Of a stretch of 48,000 nucleotides of DNA, positions 14,301-28,919 are shown piece by piece. The notes below the pieces were generated by a model that did no database searches, was not told the DNA's origin, and worked only from the letters and a program-made list of their open reading frames with translations. The position numbers were made by a program, and so were the translations under genes. This stretch comes from Octopus bimaculoides (lineage: Eukaryota). The DNA is taken from NCBI RefSeq assembly GCF_001194135.2, contig NC_068985.1:76483494-76531493 (forward strand). Reading direction: 5' to 3'. Numbering within the stretch: the first letter of the stretch is position 1; every line of letters begins with the position of its first letter.

Positions 14301-17300
14301 ATCACCATGGTGTTAACCATTGTTGTTAACCATTTGGTGCCACAGACAGTTCTCTGCTGCTATCAGCTGTCTGCTCTACTTTCTACTCATTAGTGGTTGA
14401 AATGCAGGAAATATATAGCCAATGCTCTTGGTCAGAAAAAGCACATCAAAGATTTAATTCTGTTCCACCAGAATTTTTGAATGGTTAAAATTTTGATGGC
14501 ATCGGTAAAATTTGAGTAAATCACATTCGGGTAATTTGATCTTTTGCATCAAATCCACTGAGTTGGGTTCAATTTCTAGGTGTTTTGTGATTACTAAATA
14601 TTCCTGCTACCAAGAGAAACATGAAAGTTCATCAGAGAGATTGTGTCTGTAATTCTGTGTTCTAGCCTTATCGCACACTATGTCATGCAGATCCTACCCA
14701 AGGATTACACTACCCTTTTATCCTTTAAATTGTTTTATGTTCAAAACAGCTAAATCAAGCTTCTCACACCTACCATATAATATAACTCTAAAAATAAAAC
14801 AACTACATCATTGAAATCTCAAAGCTATAAGATAAGGCATGATTAACTCAAAATAATGTTCATAAACAAGCATTACATTTGACACAGTATAAACTGAATC
14901 TTTTCTACTCTAGGCATAAGGCCCGAAGTTTTTGGGGAGGGGCCAGTCAATTAGATCGACACCAGTATGCAACTGGTATCTAATTTATTTTAATTGAGTT
15001 TTTACCTGTAATTTTGGATTTTGTCCCTAATATTATTATAATTTATTATATATGTATATATATAGTTTGAGGATACCATTTTCTCTCCTTCCTACCAGTC
15101 TCAAAAGCCCTGTAAAAAGTCACGAACACTGCTTTCTTCCTCGTGACTAAGTAATTATATAATAAAATAAAACCACTTACAAATCTCCAGTATACTGATT
15201 CCATGAAGGACACAGGCATCTGAAGGTACTGTATAGATTCTGGCAGGTTCCATTATTTTTGCAACTATCCACCTTACAGTGATCAATATTCTTTTCACAG
15301 TTACGACCAGAAAAATCTGAAATTGATAATTGGCCACAGTATGAATTTAAAATGCCATGCTTTCACAAAATTTAGTGGTAATACTTTTTGAGTAAATATT
15401 TCTGTTTTTTTTTTTTAAGGACAGCAGATTGGCTAAATTGTTAGAAACTTGGACAAAAATTCTTGAAGTATTTAGTTACTTATTGTACACAAGTTGACCG
15501 ACAGCAGACAAATATATCAATGAGGCATCTAGCCTCACTTTGATACACTAGCCTAGCTTTGATACAGTAGCCTCATTCTGAGCTACATTATAGAAATGAC
15601 CTTAGTTCCTGCTAGGCTTTGGTAAAAGACATATGTCTTCTCTACAGCTTCATGCGCAATCTCCCATGCGCGACTCATGTCTAGTCACCTTGACACAAGA
15701 TATATGGTTCATAAATGAAGATATTTTATCACATGCACATTCTCAAAATGACTGTTCTCATTACACACATGCATACAAACTGTAATATAAATATTATATG
15801 TTACTTCCTTCAGTGCAAAAGCAAAAATCAAAACTTTCTTTGTAGGTGAACACATGTTTTTGTATCATACTACATATTTCCACCACAAAAGGTGAACACA
15901 GAATAAATAATATATTTAAACACAAAATGTTTTATGGTGATTCATACTAATTGTTTTTCCATTTAATAACATGCACTTGAACAGCCAACAACAGCCACTA
16001 TAAAATGATGTCCTCGACGTGATTTGAACATGCAACCTTCTACATTCTTATTTCAAATTCCACCAGGGTTCACTTAGTTTTTCACCTGTTTTAGGTTTCT
16101 AAAATATTAAATTAAATCCTGGGATTGATATAACCAACTATCTTTTCTCCCTAAAATCTGTGGCTTTGATCTCATGTTTAAAAACCGATGCAAGTGAGAT
16201 TTTATTTGTTCTAGAACAGAATCAGAACAAGTTGATATAGTTGGGGTAAAAAGCACACAAAGAGAGTAATTTCTAATAACTTAAGCACATTACAATAAAT
16301 TTGGGAGAAGACAGAGTTAACTTGATTGATCTCAATACTTGACTCATACTCATTTCTATTGACTCTTAAAAAAGAAAAGGCAAAGACTACCTTGGCAAGA
16401 CTTGAATTCAAAACATCAAAGAAATGTAATCTAAACTCCACAAAACATTTAAATTGAAATTCTTTTTCACTCTAGGCATAAGGTCCAAAATTTTTTTGGG
16501 AGGGAGCCAGTTAATTAGATCGACCCAGTATGCAACTGCTACTTAATTTATTGACCCCAAAAGGATGAAGGGCAAAGTCGACCTGGGTGGAATTTGAACT
16601 CAGAACATAAAGACAGATGAAATACCACTAAGCATTTCACCGGGTGTGCTAACATTTCTGCCAGCTCGCCAACTTATTTAAATTAATATTCCATAGATTC
16701 TTCCATCTAGTGTTCTCACACTAAAGATTAAAAAGACAGAAAATCTGTTATGATAAACTTTGATGTATGTATGTATGTATGTCATTATTCAGTTTATTTC
16801 AAGATTTCTTGCCAATAGAAATAAAAACTGGTTTCTAGCCAAGATCCAAGGCTCTTTCACTGGAATTTCAACATCAACAACAGGGTATTTTTGTATGTAT
16901 GTATGTATGCATGCATGCATGTATGTATGCATGCATGCATGCATGCATGTATGTATGTATGTAGGTGCAGATTTCTATGTTTTATGTCTGTATCCTCATG
17001 CATATATTTGCATATCTAGACATGCTTATATATATTTAAATGATAAACTTCTGGAAAGTTTTATAGATTTTTACAGTTCCAATGATGGATTGGATCTCTA
17101 GTCTTCAAATTAGCTTTTTCCTTTCTGGTTTTGAGAAGCCCAATTTCTCAAGATTGGTATTTAGGCAGGGCCCCAATAATTACAGGTATAAACCTGAACT
17201 TGTAATCTGGATAAAGTAACTAATGACTGAAACAAGTAAAAGATAACGGATATATATATTATGATTGACTGTTGACTGAACACTATTCAATTTTTTTCTC

Positions 17301-19605
17301 CGTGTTTTTCTCCTTGTCTCCATATTCTTTCTGTTGAAGAGCGTAGCTCGAAACGTCAAAGACTTTCCGTATTCCTGAGCGTACATTCTCCNNNNNNNNN
17401 NNNNNNNNNNNNNNNNNNNNNNNNNNNNNNNNNNNNNNNNNNNNNNNNNNNNNNNNNNNNNNNNNNNNNNNNNNNNNNNNNNNNNNNNNNNNNNNNNNNN
17501 NNNNNNNNNNNNNNNNNNNNNNNNNNNNNNNNNNNNNNNNNNNNNNNNNNNNNNNNNNNNNNNNNNNNNNNNNNNNNNNNNNNNNNNNNNNNNNNNNNNA
17601 TGTGTGTGTGCCTGCAGCATGTGTAAGGACTTTCGAGTGAGATCGTTGTCAGTGCCCCTGGACTGGCTCTTGTGTGGGTGGCACATAAAATACACCATTT
17701 CGAGCATTGCCGTTGCTAGTACCTCCTGACTGGCCTTCGTGCCGGTGGCACGTAAAAGCACCCACTACACTCTCTGAGTGGTTCGCGTTAGGAAGGGCAT
17801 CCAGCTGTAGAAACTCTGCTAAATCAGATTGGAGCCTGGTGTAGCCATCTGGTTTCACCAGTCCTCAGTCAAATCGTCCAACTCATGCTAGCATGGAAAG
17901 CGGACGTTGAACGACGACGATGATGATGATGACAGTCAATAGGTGAGATCTAGAGATGTTCAATATAGAAAACATGGCATAAGTCATGAATATGAACAAC
18001 TTTTAGTATCTGTGAATTGCTCCCATTTTTTCAAAGCAATTGAATCATATCCAACCCATAGGATCACCAATGATTTAATAAAAGAATTGCAACAGAGATC
18101 TTAACAATTAAATGAAGTTTTTACTGTTTTAAGCTTAATAAAAGGTTAAAATGATTTGCATAAAACTTTCCTTCTAATTTATTTATTTATTTATTTATTT
18201 GTAATTGATCTTCAAAGTATGTTCAATAAACAATATTCTTGTTACCCTATTTCTGTTAAAGTACAGTACTTTTGTTTCAATTGATTTTGAAAACAATGAA
18301 GAATTTAATAAAATAATTTTCTCATTATTCATTTGGTGTTTGGAATATAAACTGACATGAAATTTAGAGAGAAGGTTTTAATTCAAAATTTCATATTAAT
18401 TTGTTCTAAATACTAGCTTGATAATGAGTAAAGACATCCTTCAGTCATGAATGATCATGGGATTGCACCTAGCAATTTCCCCTCCAATGTACAAGTCCAG
18501 GCAATGTTGTTTATAGAAGATCAGCAGTCACCCATGCATACCAGCCACCTCTCTCCATGACATCAATGTTATCCAAGGGAAAGGCAAAGGCTCCAGTGGC
18601 ATCGCAACCCATTTCTATAGTTAGACAGGCTGACAGACAGATAGAGACAGATACATCAGAGAAATCCACAATGATATTTTTTTCTAAGTTAGCAATAATG
18701 ATACTTACTTGGGTCACAGGTACATGTGTAATTGCCATCCTTAGTAGATTGGCATGTACCATTATGGTAGCAGGGATCTGATGCACAGGGATCAATAGTA
18801 ATAGAACAATTTTCTCCTTTATAACCTGGAAAAAAAAAAATTAAATTAATTAGTAATGTTGACACTCCAATTAAATATAGACACTTCTTCACATTTATAG
18901 GAAGCTATTCTAGAGAAGAGGAACACATTTAGAAGAGATGATTTTCCAGGACAGCTTGTATACTTGCTCATAGAATATTTATTTTACACTTTCATTGCAT
19001 GACAAATGAAAGTTTTATAAGTGCTAAGTATTTACTTTTTTTTTAGTTTATCTGTAAGTCAATCATGTTTTAACAAACATAACAACTGGGACCATCTTGT
19101 ATTTCCTTCAGGCAGAGTGTATTAAGAATTATATCATCCAATATATTTAATGTGTTAGAACGGCATGCTGGCAAAAATGTTAGCACGCTGGGTGAAATGC
19201 TTATCAATATTTCGTCTGTCTTTACGTTCTGAGTTCAAATTCTGACGAGGTTGACCTTGCCTTTCATCCTTTCGGGGTTGATGAATTAAGTATAAGTTGT
19301 GTACTGGGGTCAATCTAATTGACTGCCCCCTCCCTCAAAATTCCGGGCCTTGTGCCCAGAGTAGAAAAGATTATTATTATTAAGGCTGTGAGCTGGCAGA
19401 ATCATTAACAAATCGAGCAAAATGCTTAGCAGTATTCCGTCTGTCATTGTGTTCTGAGTTCAAATTCTGCTGAGGTTGACTTTGCCTTTCATCTTTTGGG
19501 GATTGATAAAATAAGTGCCAGTTGAGTACTGGAGTCGATGTAATTGACTATCTTCTTTCCCCAAAAATTCAAGCCTTGTTCCTTTAGTAGAAAGGATTAT
19601 TATCA

Positions 19606-19663
<58 letters not shown>

Positions 19664-20432
19664 CTCTCTCTCTCTCTCTCTCAAACACACTGGAATAAAT
19701 CATCTAGTTCAGATCTAATGAGGAAAGGGCTCCGAAAGGTTTAAAAAATATCCAAGATACATCACATGTTACAACTGGTGTCCCTACAACTCCTGATGAA
19801 GTATCAGGGGCACCAGTGTGATCTGTATATGCCTATATGTGTGTGTGCACATGTTTGTTTATATATGTGTATATAAAAGAAGATAAAAGAAAACAATATA
19901 AATACCTGGAAAGCAGCGACACTCATAATAATGTCTGACAACTGAACAATTACCATGTTCACAAGGATTTTGAACACAAATATCAGTCTCTGAAATAGAA
20001 AAGCAAAGTTCAGCATTTCCCAAATATCAAATGAACCTTTTGTTGCGATCTTTCTTTTACTTGTTTCAGTTATTAGATAGCAGCCATGCTGGGACACCAT
20101 CTGGAAGAATTTTTAGTCAAATGAATTGATCCCAGCACTTAATTTTGTTAAGCCTGGCCCTTATTCTAGCAGTTTCATTTGTTGAACTACTAAGTTATAG
20201 GGACTTAAACATACCAACACCAGTTGTAAAGAGATGGTGGGAGGACAAACACAAACACAAAGACACACATAGATAGGAGTGGCTGTGTGGTAAGTAACTT
20301 GCTTACCAACTACATGATTCTGGGTTCAGTCCCACTGTGTGTTACCTTGGGCAAGTGTCTTCTACTTATAGCCTCAGGTCGACCAAAGCCTTGTGAGAGG
20401 ATTTGGTAGATGGAAACTGAAAGAATCCCGTC

Positions 20433-20470
<38 letters not shown>

Positions 20471-20893
20471 ATGTATATATATGCTTGTGTGTGTCTGTGT
20501 TTGTATCCCCACCATCGCTTGACAAATGATGTTGATGTGCTTACGTCCCTGTAACTTCGCAGATAGAATAAGTACTAGGCTAACAAAGAATAAGTCCTGG
20601 GGTTGATTTGTTCGACTAAAGGTGGTGCTCCAGCATGGCCACAGTCAAATGACTGAAACAAATAAAAGAATAAAAGAAAAGAATATATATATATATGACA
20701 GTCTTCTTTCAGCTTCCATCTACCAAATCCACTCAGAAGGCTTTGGTTGGCCTGAGGCTTTAGCAGAAGACACTTGCCCAAGGTGTCACACTGTGGGATC
20801 TAACCTGGAACTATGTGGTTGGGAAGCAAGCTTCTTATCACACAGCTATGCCTGTGCCTATATACATATATANNNNNNNNNNATGCCTGTGCC

Positions 20894-20927
<34 letters not shown>

Positions 20928-23900
20928 GGTACAGAGGACCCATCAAGCCAAGTGCACCCATGCAGGTGGCATGTAAAAACATCCTTTTATACAACATATG
21001 TTGTATAAAATATAGAGTATATATTTTTCATTATATTCATTAGTATTCTATATAAACTCAAATACTGATTTCAAATTTTGGTACAAGGCCAGCAATTTTA
21101 GGGAAGGGGTTAAGTCAATTTCATCGATTTCAATGTTCAACTGATACTTATTCTATCAACCCTGAAAGGATGAAATGCTAAGTCAACCTCGGCAGAATTT
21201 AAACTCAGAGCAAAATGTTGCTGAACTCAGATGAAATGCTGCTTAGCATTTCATCCAGCTTGTTAATGATTCTTCCAGCTTACTGCTTTTAATAAAATGA
21301 AATATTAAAAACTAATATAGGGGATGATAGCAGATTATCTACACCTGTAGCAGCTGTACAACATTGTGTGTTATACATAGTATTATAAGGGTTCTCAAAC
21401 AATTTGGATCACAAATTTAGAAATGCATATAATCTATGGTAAACAAAATTAATTAAATATGGAAGGCAGTATAGTGTTTAGCAGTAAGTTCAAATTTTCT
21501 GCCTACCATTATTTGTTACAGTTTTATAGTTTTCCAAGCTGTGGGTATGAATAGATATCAAACTTTCTGGATGTATTTGCCATGACAAATTGGTGTCCTT
21601 GAGAGTGGTAGAGGTATTTATCATTATTTTCACCTCACTGAGTTTCAAGCTAAATACAGACTTTATGAGTGTTTATGGATTACTGTACCATTACATGAAC
21701 AACCGAAATGAGGACAGTTAATATGAGCTTATTTATTTGTTTATTTTATTCCATTGAGATTGTTAAACCCTTTGCTTCCTATGGAGCATGGGCTATTGAC
21801 AACTATTCTTTACTATTCTCAACTCTGAAATGTCATTTCTGCTTCTCTCCAGTTAGGTTACTGCTTTTTCCTTTCAGATTTTGCTGCATGGTATCATATG
21901 TTACCACGAGGAAAGGCTTTCTCTCTCAGGTCTTGCTGGTTCTCAGTTGCCATCAATGCTTCTGTAACTTGCTTTCTTCTAGGTAGGGATGTTGGCCCTA
22001 AGCACATGCATTATTTTCTCTGGGAAGAGGTGGTTCATATTAGTTTGGCCTCTATCCTTTGAGCTGTCCAGCATAGGAAACCCTACAAAGGGTTTGGGCT
22101 CTGCTGGTATAGCTCTTAGGGACATTAAGATACACTGCAATAAAGACTGGACTTTGTGGGGGATAATTTGTGAACTCAAACATAATTGGTTACAAGTTTG
22201 CAACAAACCAATCACTGGTATATCTAGAACTACAGATATGTTGGTTACAACAGGTCATTCAACTGATTACCTACATAGCACAAGTGTGTTTAAGAGTCCA
22301 CATAGTAACAACAATAATGGCAAAAACTGAAATCAGACTCACCTGTGCAATTTGACCGTGATATTGAACCAGGAAGACTTGTTTGATTATGGTAACAAGG
22401 TGAACACATGGTACTTTTGTGGAACATATTATAGGTATTTGCAGGACATGGCTGACAGGGCTCATAACCAGTTCCAGAAAAGTAACCAGGATAACATTGC
22501 TCTGAAATAGAATATTTTAAAATGATAAATAATCAACAATAAATATATCAAGTTATAACCTATAAGCAACATTATTTTATATATTTTATAGAAGCCTTGT
22601 TTCATACATCTTATAGCAACCCTATTTTATACATCCTAGAGCAACCCTATTTTATACATCTTATAACAGAATTTATTTATCCACCCTATAACAACCTTAT
22701 TTTATACATCCTATAGTAACCTTATTTTATACATCCTCTAGCAACCCTATTTTATACATAATTCTTTGGCCTCTGTCTGCCACAATGACCATCAATGAAA
22801 ATACAAGTTGTCTATCCCATGTGTAGAGTGTTTGATAGGATCCAAGCCTAAACAGCATGATACTGAGGACAGATTGTTTCCCATGCAGCATGTCCCTCCA
22901 TCTCTAGGTTACAGATGGATCCAAAGAAACAGCCCAGTCATTGCAATTTGACATCAGTGTCATCAAAGGGGTAGCCAGAATGAGGTTGTAGACATCGTTG
23001 AACTACCTCAAGGGCTCTGACACTCAATTTCCTTTCAGGGTTTACTCCCAAAGCTTCTCTCATGGCTGGGTATGGTTGCAAAGCAGCAGAGGTTTGGAAT
23101 CAAGGTTTTCCTTCTCCTAAATGGATTGCTTCTCTCCCAAGTTAATGAGTTCCATCTGCCCCACTGACTTACTAATTAGTAGCTGAGTGCTACAACCACA
23201 GGTCAGAGTATACCTGGAAACAATAGTGTCTAAGAGGTGGTTCCATACTCCCCAAAACCCTAAGACTCACAAACCAGGACCCCACCATTGGATTCAGTTT
23301 AAAGTCATACCGAGGTGTGATGTACATAATAAAAACTAGAATACATGTACCATGTAGCACCACAGTTGCACACCTGGCTATGTAGTTAAAATGCTTGCTT
23401 TGAAATTACATGATTCTGGGTTTGATCCCACAGTGTGGCACCTTCGGCATGTCTTCTACTATAGCCAAAGTGGAATTTGGTAAACAGAAACTGATATGCA
23501 GAAACACATTGTATGCATAGTGTGTGTATGATCATGTATGTATGTAAGTTTGTTTGCACTGTGTGTGTGAGAGAGAGAGAGAGAGCAAGAGAATATGTAC
23601 CTGTATGAGAGAGAGTGTGTGTGTGTGTGTATATGTGCACGCATGTGTGTGTGTTTATATGTATGTGTGCATATGAGGTGCATGTGTTTGCTGTGTGAAT
23701 GTGTGTGTTGTATGTGTATGGTGTGTGAAACAATATTACCAATTAAAAGCAAAAAAAAAACAAGATTGTGTAAATGTAAAAAACATAAACTTAGCCACCC
23801 AGTAAATATAGATCATTAAAATAAGACAATTGTAGTGTGGAAGATATTTGTAAGCCAGTCAAGAACACTCAAAAATTGTTAGCTTCACTTCAACATTTAA

Positions 23901-24212
23901 TTTTCATTTGTGTCAAGATATTTTGGTTGCTTTGAAAGCGCAGCCTGTTTTCTGACAAAGCTTGGTGCTACACCAAGTTTTGGTGGGTATATCAGCCGAA
24001 ACATTGTGTAAACAACAAACAAGATGAGGACAAATATCTGCTGAATGTAAATAATGTAAATAATGCAAGTAGTGGGTAGATCTGACTAAAACCTTTGAAT
24101 GTGGTACCCCAGCAGGGCCAGAGCCCTATGACAAATATATTCTTAAAATAAAAGAATTATGAAAACGTACATACATGTATGCATACATACCTACATATAT
24201 GTTTGTGTGTGT

Positions 24213-24254
<42 letters not shown>

Positions 24255-27200
24255 ATAAAGACATAAATGACAGAGAAATAGTTTGATGATATTTTATTGA
24301 ACAATAAGACAATTCAAATATTACGATAAATTGTTTCATAACTTAAAAACATGTAAATAATTTATATTATATTTAATAATAAATAGATTACTTACATGTC
24401 TGCATCAATGCAAAATGCAAAACTCTTTAAAAATAATGCATTAAGGAGCTTTTTTTTTATGATTACTTGAATCCATATATATATATTGTAANNNNNNNNN
24501 NNNNNNNNNNNNNNNNNNNNNNNNNNNNNNNNNNNNNNNNNNNNNNNNNNNNNNNNNNNNNNNNNNNNNNNNNNNNNNNNNNNNNNNNNNNNNNNNNNNN
24601 NNNNNNNNNNNNNNNNNNNNNNNNNNNNNNNNNNNNNNNNNNNNNNNNNATATATATATATATATATATAAAAGAGGTGAGGACTGAAATCTTTCAAAGA
24701 GATGTCAAACATCGAAGTCTGCTGGTACAGTCCAAGTAAGGAATATATATAAAAAATATATATTCAGTATTTGCAAAGATAATAAATGAAGTATAAGGAA
24801 AGGAAAAATTGTAGGTGTAAACGACCTTTAATTCATAATCCAGGTTGGTACAGAACCAATATGCATCTTACAAATTGTTTTGGAGTCTAATTAATTCCAA
24901 AGACAAAGATGAAAATCTCTTCTTGAAATAAAAATTAGATTCTTCATCTAGAATTACATAGTGGTATGAATAATTATGACCAACAAAAATATACAAAGAG
25001 CTTTCATAGCCCAGACGGGAATGAACAAATCAAATCAAATTTTTGTCTTTAGAAATAATTAGACTCGGAAACAATTTATAGAATGTATATTGGTTCTGTA
25101 CTAATCTGGGTTATGAATTAAAGATCGTCTATACCTACAGTTTTTCCTTTCCTTATACTTCTGATATATATATATATATATATATATAGTGGGTCATCCT
25201 ATAAATGTGATTTTTTTATACTTCTTTTATTTTTCAAAATTAAGATAAACAAAGTTGTTTTTAAATCTAAAATATACTCTCTTTCGTATGTGTATTTCGT
25301 GTGCAAGATTCTTGATGTGGATACGTGAGTTGAAAGAATACAATTAAACCTTGGGAGAGGCATTATGCCGGTAATAAACACATGCACTGGTTCAGTCCTT
25401 TATTAATTTATATAGTTTTTTGTTAAATTATTTCATTGCACTCTTGCAATCTCTTCAGTAACTTGTCTCTCCACTTCCATTTATTTTGAATGTATGATCT
25501 GGCGTTGTTTCGAAACTGTTTGGTATGAGCATGTGAGTGTGTGCAAGCTCGTATGTGTGCACGCTCATGTGTGCACGCACTTATGTGTTCGTGCTTATAT
25601 GTAAGTATGTAAGAATGTGCATCCATATGTGTGTTTGTAACAATTTCGTTTATATCAGATCAGATAGAGACATTTTTAAATTTTTTTTTATTTTTTAAAT
25701 TTATTTTATTGTATTTATTTATTTTTTAATTTAAATTTATTTACGTTCATATTCCGCATCATATGTGTGAACAACACATGCAACCATGGGCAATTATAAG
25801 GCCCTCATCTACGTGTATTTGGTGTTCAAAATTGGTTGCTTTTCAGTTATGAGGACCGACTCCTGTATTTGTCGCAACGATGCGTCACCGGGGTGTCTAG
25901 ACAGGATTTCTATGCTAATTCTGTCCAGTACACCACCATGTTGTTCTTTGGCATGCTGGTAGAGCACCGAGATTTGGTTTTGATTATTATAGTCCTTCCA
26001 ACATTCGTTTACACGCTCAGCCAAACTTCTTGCCATTTCACCTATGTATGTCGTGTTTCTGTTTTTACACTCACCATCCATACAGCTTATTTTGTAGTCC
26101 ACATTTCTGGCTTTGCAGTTGGCACCAGGACTATATTTGCACACAATGCAAGTTACTGAAGAGATTGCAAGAGTGCAATGAAATAATTTAACAAAAAACT
26201 ATATAAATTAATAAAGGACTGAACCAGTGCGTGTGTTTATTACCGGCATAATGCCTCTCCCAAGGTTTAATTATACTCTCTTTCATTTTTCTACAATGCT
26301 CTTCCATTTATCTGGTAGACTTGCAAGGCCCCTCTTGCAGAAATCACTTGTCTGTGATGAAAATACTCCTTCAGTACTGTTCTGATCTCATGTACAGAAT
26401 TCATATTTTTCCCATCCAAATGATTTTGAAGACTACGAAATAAATGATAATCAGATGGGACAATGTCAGGTGAATATAGTAGGTGGGCATCGTTTCCCAT
26501 TCAAATTGCTCCATCCTTTGGAATCCCATCCTCACTGTATGTGGCTAAGTATTATCTTGATGGAAGAACACCTTTTGTCTTGAAACCAAAGTTGGTCGTT
26601 TTTCTTCAAGTGCTGGTTTGGATTTAAAAGTTCAAAGTGGACTAAATATTTTATATCCAACCAAACAGATAACAACACCTTACATGGGTGAAGACCTTCT
26701 TTAGCCTGGAGTGCCAATGTTTCTCCTCTCCCTACCCACTGTCTTTGGTGCTTGACATTTTTGTAGAGAACCCATTTCTCATCACCAGTCACTATTTGGT
26801 CCAAAAAAGATTCGTTCGTGAGATGTGACAGCAAAGAAGAGCACACATTCACTCTCTGCGTGTGATTAGACTCAGAAAGTTTGAGGAACCCATTGACCCA
26901 ATTTGCTGACTTTTCCAATGGCACGCAGGTGTCAATGAACGTTTGTATGACAAAATCCAAGCTTATCTGCTAGTTCCTCAACAGTTACATTGGGATTTTG
27001 TTCTGCCAGGGTTTGCAGGACATCCTTGTCAAGCTCTACAGATCTTCCAGGATGAGGCTCATCTTCTAGGCTGTAGTTTCTGACTTGGAATTTCTAGAAC
27101 TACCATTGACACTGGCTTATGCTTATTCTCTGATCCCCATATACTGCATTAATATTCCTTGCACTTTCCATTACATTGTTGCCTTTATTGACTCATAAAG

Positions 27201-28874
27201 TAAAATATACTGAATATGCTCCTTTGTCACTTCCATTACAGATTTGAAAAAATAACTGTTAAAATTGAACTGCACTCTTCAAAACTTGCACCGGGAATAA
27301 ATACAAGGTAAAATTACTACCTGCTTTTATAGCAAGCTGATGCAGGTAGTTTATCCCATCCCCCTCATTCAATTTAAAAACACACATGCATGTATGTGTA
27401 CTTGCATACATACATATATACATATACATATACATATAGACTTACATATATGTATATATGTATACTTGCATATCTATGCATATATACATATATGCATGTC
27501 TGTATGTATACTTGCATATGTATACATATATTTATGCCAATAATTATTGGTGCACTTGATTATGTTAGTAATTACCTAAATGACAATCTGAAAAAGATCT
27601 GATTTTGAGGGGAAGAAAATGATCAGCTAACATGCACTTTACAAGTACAGTCTGTAAATGGATTGGTAAAATATGAGAAACCTTTTCTGTTATTCAGTAT
27701 ACAACACATATCATTGCTGTATTCAGATTTTATCATTAGAGCTTCATTTCTCTTTTAGAAATCAGGTCCTTTTCTTTTAGTGAGAATTCAAACAATTAAA
27801 AAACAAAATGATAGAATCATATATACATAATAATGAAAAAATTGAAAGAACAAGACCGCCTAAGAGTTAAAGATATATAATGAATGAGCAAAAGCAAGAA
27901 TAAAACATTACAGAGACAAGTTTTTACAAAGGTGTTGTTAGTCTAATGTTTGAAAGGAAAGGGAAAGGGTCTTTGACATTTCAGACATTAGTCCTTCATC
28001 AGAAAAACAAAATGAAGGAAATTTGGTAGACAAGAGCAAAGAAGAAAAAGAGAGTGGAAGAAAAAAAGAGAAAAGAAAAGGTTTGGGTTAGGGATAAGGC
28101 TGAGATGCAGTTCTGTGGGGAGTTAGGAAGGGAGGAAGAGGTGAGATATTCTGTGCTTGTACAGGAAGATATGTGTGGGGAGATGGGCATAGAGGGGGAT
28201 GTTAGTGGTATTGGATGCAGGTGACTAACTAGGGATTGGTGGAACTGTGCAAGTATGGGACAGAATGTGATACAGATGAGAGGGTAGTGTAAACAAAATA
28301 AATATAAAGAAAACAGTGTAGTGGGTGAGATAAAATATAAAATAAATAAAACCAGGTGTGAGATCAGAGGAAAAGCTACAAGCAGGGAAAAATAAACAAA
28401 TGTATTATGTAAAAATAAGATAAGATTTCTGGCTATGAATTTGAAAGATTTAGGCAGAATCTGAAATGTTACTTTGCTATAAGGAACATTAAACTGACAA
28501 ATGTCAAACCATAAATAAAGATGCTCACCGGTACATTGTGTCACATTGGTGGAGCCTTTAAGCAGAGTAAATTTCGCTGGTGGACATGGTTCACAAAATG
28601 TTTTGTTAAAATAATAAGTATTTTTATCACATAGTTTGCATGGAATATGACCAGTTGCTGATATACTCCCTTCTGGACAACCATCTGTGAAAACATTTGA
28701 TAAAAAAAAGAAACAAATTATTAAAATATGATAATTTTAAAGTTTTATTGTTTTGTACAGGAAGAAAATCTGTCACATTTGGTCTTCCCCATGGCTAGAC
28801 ATGCATTTTCAGGATAATGGAAATTAATGACATTCATTTACTGCAATCATTCACTGTCATGGCAAGGAGACACA

Positions 28875-28919
<45 letters not shown>

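Noticed and set aside
17649-17858. [31 protein letters not shown] repeated at 42007-42876
   Set aside because: Antisense translation of the family C repeat, not a duplicated gene
19700-19815. ctaatgaggaaagggctccgaaagg and ctgatgaagtatcag hammerhead-like strings
   Set aside because: Core mutated or incomplete and no stem I
20845-20910. atgcctgtgcctatatacatata duplicated on both sides of a 10-N gap
   Set aside because: Most likely an unmerged contig overlap
27999-28544. 181-aa minus-strand ORF
   Set aside because: Reflects a pyrimidine-rich intron strand; overlaps exon 6 out of frame
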